Shown here: piece after piece, positions 19,267 through 26,460 of the stretch
Numbering within the stretch: the first letter of the stretch is position 1
Layout: the number at the start of each line of letters is the position of its first letter
Origin: an uncultured Dehalococcoidia bacterium
GTDB taxonomy: Bacteria; Chloroflexota; Dehalococcoidia; UBA2247; RBG-13-53-26
NCBI GenBank assembly: GCA_964423835.1
Contig: CAYRGJ010000006.1
Span: 11,284-75,283, forward strand
Length of the DNA stretch: 64,000 bases
Direction of reading: 5' to 3'
Made by a program: the position numbers and the translations under genes
Notes under the pieces: generated by a model
Database searches by the model: none
Told to the model about the DNA's origin: nothing
The model's input: only the letters and a program-made list of their open reading frames with translations

Positions 19267-19527
19267 TCAGTTCCTCCCCCCTCTGAAGCACCGGCGAAAG
19301 ACCTCGCGCAACGAGAAGTAGGGCAGGAGCAGGATGTAGGAGACTACGCCCCAGGAGAAGGCTATCTTCAAGCCCCGGAGCAGCTCCGGCGACGTGAGGA
19401 CCATGTCCATGCGCATCACGCCCAAAGCCTTGCCATCGATGATCAGCCTGTTGTCCTGTCGCTTGACAGCGAAGAACTCGGCGATGACCTCTCCGTCCTG
19501 ATCCAGCACCTTCACCCCGTTTTCCAT
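19267..19527 (-). CDS. Small hypothetical protein with a C-terminal hydrophobic segment
   Basis: 86-aa ORF filling the gap between the CrtI-like and SDR genes. Its stop lies 2 nt from the SDR start. GAGG sits upstream of the ATG. No family recognised. Confidence 0.45.
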   Translation of the reverse strand: MENGVKVLDQDGEVIAEFFAVKRQDNRLIIDGKALGVMRMDMVLTSPELLRGLKIAFSWGVVSYILLLPYFSLREVFRRCFRGGRN

Positions 19528-19572
19528 CGCGGCTGCCTCAGCGGACCATCTTTATCCGCACCATGCCCGCGG

Positions 19573-21153
19573 CTACTTCCCTATCACCTTCTTGAAATCA
19601 AGGCCGAGGTCCTCCATGATGACCTGGGCCGCGGCCCGGCCGCCGCCGGAGACCCCGCCGCCGGGATGGGTGCTGGCCCCGCACATGTACAGCTTCTTGA
19701 CCGGCGTCTTGTATTGGCCCCATCCCGGGAGGGGCCGGTTGGTGAGGAACTGCGAAAGATAGACGCCAATGTGCATCACATCTCCCTCGATCATGGCCGG
19801 GTTGTACCTCTCCAGGTCCAGCGGGCTCATTATGTGCCGGCCCAGGATGTTGTCCGGCCCCATGTTGGTGGTCCGCTGCCTCACCGCGTCCATGATGCCA
19901 TCGGCCACCTCGTCCTTGATGGCATCCCACCGCTGGGCGCCGCCCGGCTTCAGGTTATAGGGCTCGTAGTGATAGAGATAGAGCGTGTGCTGGCCGGCCG
20001 GGGCCCGGGTCGGATCGCACAGTGTGGCGGTGATCAACAGCGGCATGGTGGTGTTCGGCACCCCGTACTTGTACTGATCGAACAGCTGCAGGAACTCATC
20101 CATGGTGGCCGGAGTGGCCTCTACCATGACTGCCTTGTTGACGTCTCCCCCCGCCTTGAACCTGGGGGCCTCCTTCAGAGCCACCGACTGATTGATGGCC
20201 GAGAATGGGCTGTGCTTGATGCGCCTGACTCTGTCCTGAAAGCCCTCCGGGAGCTCGGCCGGCTTCAGGAAATCCAGGAACAGCTGCTTGACATTCACGG
20301 CGCTGACGACGGCCTTCTTCGCCGCTAATTCCTCGCCATTGCGCAGCACCACCCCTTTGACCTCGCCGCCGGCGACTTTGAGGCCGGCCACCGGGCTCGA
20401 GAGCTTGATGGTGCCCCCGCTGTCCCTGATGCAGGCGGCCAGTTTCTCGGTCAGGGCACCGGATCCGCCCTCCGGCCAGGCAATCCCCCAGGCGTGGAAA
20501 TGGGGCAGGCCGAACATGTAGTAGCCGGTCCCTATCTCCTGGGGGGCAAACATGACCTCGGAGGCCCACCTGTTCAGGGCTATCCGCATCTGCTCGCTCT
20601 CAAACCACTCCTTGGCCAGGTCCGTGGTGCTGGACAGTATTACTCGCAGGTACTCGCGCCCCATGTCGCTCTGGTCCATCAGGGACACCAGCCGGCCAAA
20701 GGGCGCCGCCGCCGAGAAGGTAGCCACTCCCCCCGCCTTAAGGAGCTGACCGGCTCCGGCCACGAACTTGCGGTACATCTCGGCGTCTTTCCGGGAGAAC
20801 TGGGCAATGGACTGGCAGGTCTGGTCCAGGTCTCGATAGAAGACCAGCGCGCTGTCATCCGGGAACACGATGGCCAACTGGACGTCCGGGGCGATGTACT
20901 TGAGCCCGTACTTGGAGCGCAGGCCCAGCTCGTCCCGGTGCAACATGGGATTGGCCTGCATGGTCATGTGAACGGTGGCCCCCGGGTCGTGTATGAATCC
21001 AGGCAAGGTCAACTGGCGGCTGGCGGCGGCGCCGCCAACCATGTCGGAGGACTCCACCACGCAGACGTCCACCCCGGCGCGGGCCAGGTAGGCCGCCACA
21101 ATGAGGCCGTTGTGGCCCGCGCCTACTATGATTACATCGTGTGCCATAGCCAC
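19573..21153 (-). CDS. Phytoene-desaturase (CrtI)-family FAD/NAD(P)-dependent oxidoreductase
   Basis: 526 aa; dinucleotide-binding N-terminus DVIIVGAGHNGLIVAAYLARAG; C-terminal GASTHPGGGVSG. Confidence 0.8.
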   Translation of the reverse strand: MAMAHDVIIVGAGHNGLIVAAYLARAGVDVCVVESSDMVGGAAASRQLTLPGFIHDPGATVHMTMQANPMLHRDELGLRSKYGLKYIAPDVQLAIVFPDDSALVFYRDLDQTCQSIAQFSRKDAEMYRKFVAGAGQLLKAGGVATFSAAAPFGRLVSLMDQSDMGREYLRVILSSTTDLAKEWFESEQMRIALNRWASEVMFAPQEIGTGYYMFGLPHFHAWGIAWPEGGSGALTEKLAACIRDSGGTIKLSSPVAGLKVAGGEVKGVVLRNGEELAAKKAVVSAVNVKQLFLDFLKPAELPEGFQDRVRRIKHSPFSAINQSVALKEAPRFKAGGDVNKAVMVEATPATMDEFLQLFDQYKYGVPNTTMPLLITATLCDPTRAPAGQHTLYLYHYEPYNLKPGGAQRWDAIKDEVADGIMDAVRQRTTNMGPDNILGRHIMSPLDLERYNPAMIEGDVMHIGVYLSQFLTNRPLPGWGQYKTPVKKLYMCGASTHPGGGVSGGGRAAAQVIMEDLGLDFKKVIGK

Positions 21154-21181
21154 CCCCCTTTCGGCAGGCCCCGGCCGGGGC

Positions 21182-21703
21182 CTAGGTCTTCTCCTCCGTT
21201 TCCATTAACTCGTAGTACGAATAGCAGCCATCGGCGCCGTTCACCAGGTACCTGTCGCCCGTCAGCTTGATCCGGGGATTGGCCGCCCGGGCCGCGCCTT
21301 CCTCGATGGCCCGGGACACAACGGGACAGGCCTTCGGGCATTCCCGGCCAATCACGTCGGCCACGTTGCACTCCCGGACGTGGTACAGGTACCTGTTCGG
21401 CCCCATCTTCTCGATCAGAGGCTTCTGCTTCATGGTGAAGAGGACCTCGTCGCCGGCCTCCAGCACCCTGTGCAGCGTGTCCTCCAGGCTGGTCTCGCCC
21501 GGCACCAGCCCGGCCTTCCTGACCGGGACCTTCCAGAAGTCCCAGTCCCTCAGCCCCTCGTATATGACCTGCAGGCCCTCGTCGCCATACCGGTCGCCGA
21601 CGACCTTCACCATCCTGGCTATGATGCGCCACATCAGCCGCTGCGTGGCATTGAGCCTGGCGGCGCACTCGGGCGATACGGCGTCTCCGGCTTTGTCCGT
21701 CAT
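21182..21703 (-). CDS. Hypothetical Cys-containing protein, L-2-amino-thiazoline-4-carboxylate (ATC) hydrolase-like by recollection
   Basis: ORF trimmed to ATG 21703. Its C-terminal pattern is RxC...C...NP(R)IK...C.SYYEL, similar to the 2381 and 33416 ORFs. Confidence 0.5.
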   Translation of the reverse strand: MTDKAGDAVSPECAARLNATQRLMWRIIARMVKVVGDRYGDEGLQVIYEGLRDWDFWKVPVRKAGLVPGETSLEDTLHRVLEAGDEVLFTMKQKPLIEKMGPNRYLYHVRECNVADVIGRECPKACPVVSRAIEEGAARAANPRIKLTGDRYLVNGADGCYSYYELMETEEKT

Positions 21704-21734
21704 CCTGCACCTGCTCTCCCGGCTTCCGCCATCG

Positions 21735-23171
21735 TTACAGCGCGGGCCTGACCTTCCAGAAGTAGCCCAGGATGCCATGGGCCTTGTCGGCGTACCGCCT
21801 CCTGAAGGTCATCTCCACGGGCATGTCTATCTTGAGCGACTCGGGCTCGGCGTCGGTGATGTCCAGCAGAAACCGGCCGCCGCCATCCCAGTCAATCACC
21901 CCGTACATCTCCGGGGGGCTGACGCTGAAAGCCAGACTGTCGCTGGTGTAGCTGAACAGGCGGGCCTTCTTGTCGGCAAAACGGTACTCCTCCATCTGGT
22001 CGACCGCTCCGCACTCGGGGTTGACGCAGATCCGCTGCGCCGGGTACTGGGGCGTGCCGCATTTCCGGCATTTCGACCCGTAGAGCGCCATGATCTCCTT
22101 CCGGTCTCTCCACAGCAGCGTGACCAGCGTGGGGCCGGTCTCTCCCCGGATCCCCTGCTCTGTGGGCAGCACGTCCCGAAGGGCCAGGTACCTCTCGTAG
22201 CTGGCCAGGTCCTTCTTCAGGGCCAGGTGCTTCTTCATTCCCCGCCTGTCTCCGGCGCCGGCGATGTCCTTGGTCACCTCGAAGAACACGGCGTCGCTGC
22301 CGTTGCCGTAGCTGGCTACCAGTATCCTGTCTCCGGGCTTGGCCTCCTGCAGGGCGGCCACCAGCATCATCAGGGGGTGGGCCGCTCCGGAATCGCCGAC
22401 GGTGGTCAGCTGCTCAGGCTGGATCTGCTCCGGCTTGAAACCGCACGACTTGCCTATGGCGGCGTGCTCCCGGACGTAAAGGCAGGGATAGATGACTTTG
22501 GCGAAGTCCTTGGGGCTCAGCCCGTATTTCTTCATCAGGCCGGAGATGGCCTGCGCGATGAACTTGGTGTACCCCTCGTCGCGGATCCACCGGTCTTCAG
22601 CCGTATGAACGAACCGGTCATCCTCGGCTCTCCACCGGTCGGTGAAGTCGCGGGTCACGGAGTAAGAGCCCCCCAGGGAGGCGATCACCTTGCTGTCACC
22701 GATCACGAAGGCGGCCGCTCCATCCCCGTAGTTCCCTTCCTCGAAGCTACCCGGCTTGGCCACCCGGCAGTCGGAGGCGCAGACCAGCACCTGCTTCGCC
22801 GAAGCTCCATTCACCGCATCGCAGCCCGCGATGAGAGCGGCGGTGCCCGCCTTGGACGAGTCGGTGAAATCGGCGGTCCTGATATCGCCGTTGAGGTCCA
22901 GCGCGGCCGCGACGATGCCGGCGTCCTGCCTCTCCCTGTAGGGAGCGGTGGTAGTCGCCAGGTACAGGGCCTCCAGCGCCTCCCTGCCGACTCCCGTCAG
23001 GGCATCGAATCCCGCGGCCACCGCCATGGTGACGCTATCTTCATCGTAGTTGGCCACAGCCTTTTCGCCCGCGACCCCGGTCCCGCTGAACCAGCCCATA
23101 GCTGCAGTTACCGTCTTGCGGCTGAGACGGTACCGAGGCACATACGCCCCGTAAGAAACGATACCTACCAT
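21735..23171 (-). CDS. HMG-CoA-synthase-like (thiolase superfamily) domain fused to a C-terminal DUF35 Zn-ribbon/OB-fold
   Basis: N-terminus MVGIVSYGAYVPRYRL is typical of archaeal-type HMGCS. The C-terminus carries a CRKCGTPQYPAQRICVNPECG ribbon. The active-site position reads DSSKAGTAAL (Ser where Cys is expected). Confidence 0.75.
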   Translation of the reverse strand: MVGIVSYGAYVPRYRLSRKTVTAAMGWFSGTGVAGEKAVANYDEDSVTMAVAAGFDALTGVGREALEALYLATTTAPYRERQDAGIVAAALDLNGDIRTADFTDSSKAGTAALIAGCDAVNGASAKQVLVCASDCRVAKPGSFEEGNYGDGAAAFVIGDSKVIASLGGSYSVTRDFTDRWRAEDDRFVHTAEDRWIRDEGYTKFIAQAISGLMKKYGLSPKDFAKVIYPCLYVREHAAIGKSCGFKPEQIQPEQLTTVGDSGAAHPLMMLVAALQEAKPGDRILVASYGNGSDAVFFEVTKDIAGAGDRRGMKKHLALKKDLASYERYLALRDVLPTEQGIRGETGPTLVTLLWRDRKEIMALYGSKCRKCGTPQYPAQRICVNPECGAVDQMEEYRFADKKARLFSYTSDSLAFSVSPPEMYGVIDWDGGGRFLLDITDAEPESLKIDMPVEMTFRRRYADKAHGILGYFWKVRPAL

Positions 23172-23242
23172 GCTCCTTGCCTCCTACTGACTTCGACTAT
23201 CAATGTGGAATACGCCCTCTGCCGGCAGGCCGGCGGCCCGCT

Positions 23243-24460
23243 TCAGGTTATCCCCTCTTCCTTCATTCCGGCGATGTCTTCCCACGTGTACCCCAGCTCC
23301 AGGAGGACCTCTTCCGTGTGCTCTCCCAGCTCCGGCGCTTTCGTCCTGGGGCTGGTCTCCATCTTGCTCAGGCTGAAGGGCGAGCCGGGAACCTTCACGT
23401 CGCCCAGCACCGGGTGATGGAAGTCCGTCACGTATCCGTTGGCCAGGGTCTGTGGGTCAAGAGCCGCTTCGGAGACGGTATTGACCACGTCCCAGGCAAA
23501 AAGGGCCTTCTCCTTGAAGAGCGCCACCCAGTCCTGGCGGGGTTTCCCGGCGAAGACCGCATCCAGGAGCTTTATGAACTCCTTGTTGTTGGTTCTCCTC
23601 ATATCCGGGGTGGCAAACATCCTCTGGACTTCATCATCCGGCAGACCCAGGGTCTCTCGCACATTGTCCCAGAATCTATCATACTGCATGTCGGAGAGTT
23701 CTATCCATTTTCCATCGGCGCACCGGTAGCTGTTGGTGAAGGCGTTCCCGGATCTGAGCCGGGAGTGCCTGGGCTGCTGCCGTCCCCGCCAGAGCGAGGT
23801 CTGTATGTTGAGCGCCTGCAGGTGTATGGCCGACCCCAGCATGGACACGCTGATCTCCTGGCCGATGCCCGTCCGCTCTCTGGCCAGAAGGCCGGCCAGG
23901 ATAGCGTAGGCGGTCATGGTCGCCGACAGCTGGTCTACCACGGCCCCCACTATCTCGTACGGCTCGGTGCTGTCCCTGTCTCCGCAGGACATCATCAGCC
24001 CGGAACGCGCCTGCACCAGGACGTCGAAGGCCCTCTTTTCCGCATCGTCTCCTCTCGAGCCGTAGCCTGACGCCACCACGTATATGATCTGAGGATTGTG
24101 CCGGCACAGGGCCTCGTAGTCGATCCCCAGCCGCTTCCGCAGCCCTTCGCGGTAGTTGGTGTAGAAGACGTCTGACCTCCTGGTCAGCGCGTAGAACACC
24201 TCCAGCCCTCTTGGCTTGGTGATGTCGATGGCCACCCCCCTCTTGTTGCGATTGAAGGTCTCAAAAACCAGGTTCAGATTGTGAGGTAGCATCATCTGGC
24301 GATCCCAGAGCCTCTGAGATCCCCTGGCCGGGTCCCCGACGCCAGGCTGCTCGATCTTCACCACTTCGGCGCCGAGGTCGCCCAGCATGTAGCCGGCGCC
24401 CGGCCCATTAATGAACGAGGCCCACTCCAGTAGCCTTATGCCGTCCAGTGGTCTGCTCAT
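23243..24460 (-). CDS. Family III (CaiB/BaiF) CoA-transferase
   Basis: Trimmed to ATG 24460 (MSRPLDGIRLLEWASFINGPGAGYMLGDLGAEVVKIEQP). The longer ORF N-terminus is the antisense of the neighbouring gene. Confidence 0.85.
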   Translation of the reverse strand: MSRPLDGIRLLEWASFINGPGAGYMLGDLGAEVVKIEQPGVGDPARGSQRLWDRQMMLPHNLNLVFETFNRNKRGVAIDITKPRGLEVFYALTRRSDVFYTNYREGLRKRLGIDYEALCRHNPQIIYVVASGYGSRGDDAEKRAFDVLVQARSGLMMSCGDRDSTEPYEIVGAVVDQLSATMTAYAILAGLLARERTGIGQEISVSMLGSAIHLQALNIQTSLWRGRQQPRHSRLRSGNAFTNSYRCADGKWIELSDMQYDRFWDNVRETLGLPDDEVQRMFATPDMRRTNNKEFIKLLDAVFAGKPRQDWVALFKEKALFAWDVVNTVSEAALDPQTLANGYVTDFHHPVLGDVKVPGSPFSLSKMETSPRTKAPELGEHTEEVLLELGYTWEDIAGMKEEGIT

Positions 24461-24503
24461 CCAGCCCTCTCCGCTCTTGTGATACCGGCCTGGGTCAGCG
24501 GTG

Positions 24504-25427
24504 CTACTCCTTCTTCTTCGTCTTCTTCTTCGTCTTGTCGTAGTACTTGGGAGGATGTTTGACGAACCGGTCCTGCATCCCGTGCAGCGAGTCCTTGAGG
24601 CCCTGATTCCGCCGCTCCTTGAAGAAGCTGTACTCATCCTCCTCCCAGCGCAGATTGGTGAACAGGGTGTGCGAGAAGTACGCGGCGCTGACGCTGGCGG
24701 TATGCATCCCCATTATGTTCAGCCAGAGCTCCATGGTGGCCTTGCCGATGGCGATCCCGTCCCTGGGCAGCTTGGCCAGGTCCTCCGCCAGGTCCCAGAC
24801 CTCTCTCTCCAGCCGGGCCGCAGGCACCGACATGGTTACCAGGTTCATGTCCGCCGCCTCTTTGCCGGTGAATCTCCGGGCCGTGTAGATCAGGTCCCGG
24901 GCCCTTCTCAGCCCCACCGACAGGATGAGCGACGGCACGAAGGGATTGGCGCTGCCCACTGTCCCGATTCTCTCCTCAATGAAGCCCAGCTCGGCGTCAT
25001 CAGCCACGATGGCGAAGTCACAGAAGTGGAGTATCATGGTCCCGGCGCCCAGGCAATAGCCCTGGGCCACCCCGATGGTGAGCTTGGGGCAGTACAGGAT
25101 GCGGCACCAGTCCTGCATGAATCTCTTGTCGTACTTTAGCCTGATGCGCTCACTGGGGCGGCGCTCGCCCTTGCCGCCGGTCCCGAAGCCGTAGACGAAG
25201 CCCGCCTGAGACAGGTCTTCACCGGCGCAGAAGTGCTTCCCGGCTCCCCTGATGATGATGACCTTGACCTCATCGTCGTCTTCCGCTTCCGTCATGGCCC
25301 TCAGCATGTCGCTGAACACACCCTCATTGGTGCCCATCATGTTAAGGACATTCAGTTTCTCCGGCCGGTTGAGCGTGATGGCAGCTACGTTCCCCTTCTT
25401 CTCATACAAGACGTACTGGTACTCCAT
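24504..25427 (-). CDS. Enoyl-CoA hydratase/isomerase family protein with a Lys-rich C-terminal tail
   Basis: Trimmed to ATG 25427 (MEYQYVLYEKKGNVAAITLNRPEKLN). FCAGEDL crotonase motif. Ends KTKKKTKKKE. Confidence 0.8.
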   Translation of the reverse strand: MEYQYVLYEKKGNVAAITLNRPEKLNVLNMMGTNEGVFSDMLRAMTEAEDDDEVKVIIIRGAGKHFCAGEDLSQAGFVYGFGTGGKGERRPSERIRLKYDKRFMQDWCRILYCPKLTIGVAQGYCLGAGTMILHFCDFAIVADDAELGFIEERIGTVGSANPFVPSLILSVGLRRARDLIYTARRFTGKEAADMNLVTMSVPAARLEREVWDLAEDLAKLPRDGIAIGKATMELWLNIMGMHTASVSAAYFSHTLFTNLRWEEDEYSFFKERRNQGLKDSLHGMQDRFVKHPPKYYDKTKKKTKKKE

Positions 25428-25511
25428 CCGACCTCCTCTTCTTGAATCCGGCTCCCGCTTCTTGAATCCGGCTTCCCCCGGAGAGGCCCCGCCATGGGGC
25501 CGCCATGTTAT

Positions 25512-25530
25512 GAGTATACGATGATCGAAC
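25512..25530. promoter_or_regulatory. Operator box copy 2 (GAGTATACGATGATCGAAC), upstream of the minus-strand gene run
   Basis: Intergenic, 85 nt upstream of start 25427. On the minus strand the box contains TATACT, a possible -10. Confidence 0.55.
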
Positions 25531-25622
25531 TGTAATTCCGAATCATAGCACGGCATTTGCCCGGCGTCAACTGCCGGCCGCCCGGCCGATTTGGCGGTCT
25601 ACGGTGACAGCGCGAGGGGCCA

Positions 25623-26180
25623 CTAGCCTGCTCCAAGCTGCACATCATCCTGGGCCGAGTCCCGGTCCGGCCCCCCCCAGCCATACGGAGCCGAAAGGCC
25701 GCTCTTTAGCTCCTCGATGGCCTTCTTCAGCAGTTTCTCCAGCGCCGCCTCCACCGTCTCGCTCTCTTTCGGGGTGAGCTGTGACAGGATTCTGGCCACG
25801 GCCCCCGCTTCCTTCTGCCGCTGGAAAGCCCTTTCGCCCTTCTCGGTCAGCAGGATGCGGGATACGTTCCTCCGTTTGGAGTCTCTCTTGCGGCGCACCA
25901 GGCCTTGCTTCTCCATGCGATCCAGCAGGTCCGACACCGTGTGCGGCCTCCGGAAGAGCAGCCTGGCCAGATCGGCCGGCGTTGGGGGCTCCCTGGAGAT
26001 CTTCACCCAGTACAGCACCGCGGCCTGGATCATGGTGAGGCCCAGGGCCCTCATCTCCGCCTCCGCGACCCTGATCACCACCCAGTACGCCTGGTTGAAT
26101 GTGTTCCAGAAGGGTCCGTACCCCTGACCGGCGGCAATCGACTCAACATCTCCCGCTACCTTCTTCTTGGATGCTCTCAA
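25623..26180 (-). CDS. MarR-family transcriptional regulator
   Basis: 185 aa with a winged-helix pattern (LTMIQAAVLYWV...PTPADLARLLFRRPHTVSDLLDRMEKQGLVRR). GAGGAGG RBS. Confidence 0.85.
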   Translation of the reverse strand: MRASKKKVAGDVESIAAGQGYGPFWNTFNQAYWVVIRVAEAEMRALGLTMIQAAVLYWVKISREPPTPADLARLLFRRPHTVSDLLDRMEKQGLVRRKRDSKRRNVSRILLTEKGERAFQRQKEAGAVARILSQLTPKESETVEAALEKLLKKAIEELKSGLSAPYGWGGPDRDSAQDDVQLGAG

Positions 26181-26232
26181 ACCTGCCTCCTCTCACGCGC
26201 CGCGGCGGCGCGCTGGCAGCGCCCGGTATCAG

Positions 26233-26251
26233 GAGTATACGATACTCGAAC
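26233..26251. promoter_or_regulatory. Operator box copy 3 (GAGTATACGATACTCGAAC), upstream of marR
   Basis: 53 nt upstream of the marR start. TATACT reads toward marR on the minus strand. Confidence 0.6.
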
Positions 26252-26363
26252 TATGCCTTCCAAATGCTACCACGGTCATTTCGGCGAGTCAATATGGCGT
26301 GCTTGTTCACCATGAACGGCGCACTTGACAGTGCAGAACCGGAGTAATATGATGCGCAGTACA

Positions 26364-26382
26364 CTTCGAGTTTCGTATACTC
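26364..26382. promoter_or_regulatory. Operator box copy 4 (CTTCGAGTTTCGTATACTC, reverse orientation), upstream of the mutase gene
   Basis: 79 nt upstream of ATG 26461. TATACT (26376-26381) reads toward the mutase gene. Confidence 0.6.
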
Positions 26383-26460
26383 ACAAGACCTGTGCCCTTT
26401 GCCAAGTCCGCGTGACCATCGTATTTTTGCCATGCTCACGGAGCTGGCCAAGGAGGTTAG

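Noticed and set aside
24461-24637. N-terminal extension of the CaiB ORF containing a run of nine Arg
   Set aside because: It overlaps the 3' end of the upstream crotonase gene, and the poly-Arg is the complement of that gene's Lys-rich tail. The conserved CaiB N-terminus begins at ATG 24460.
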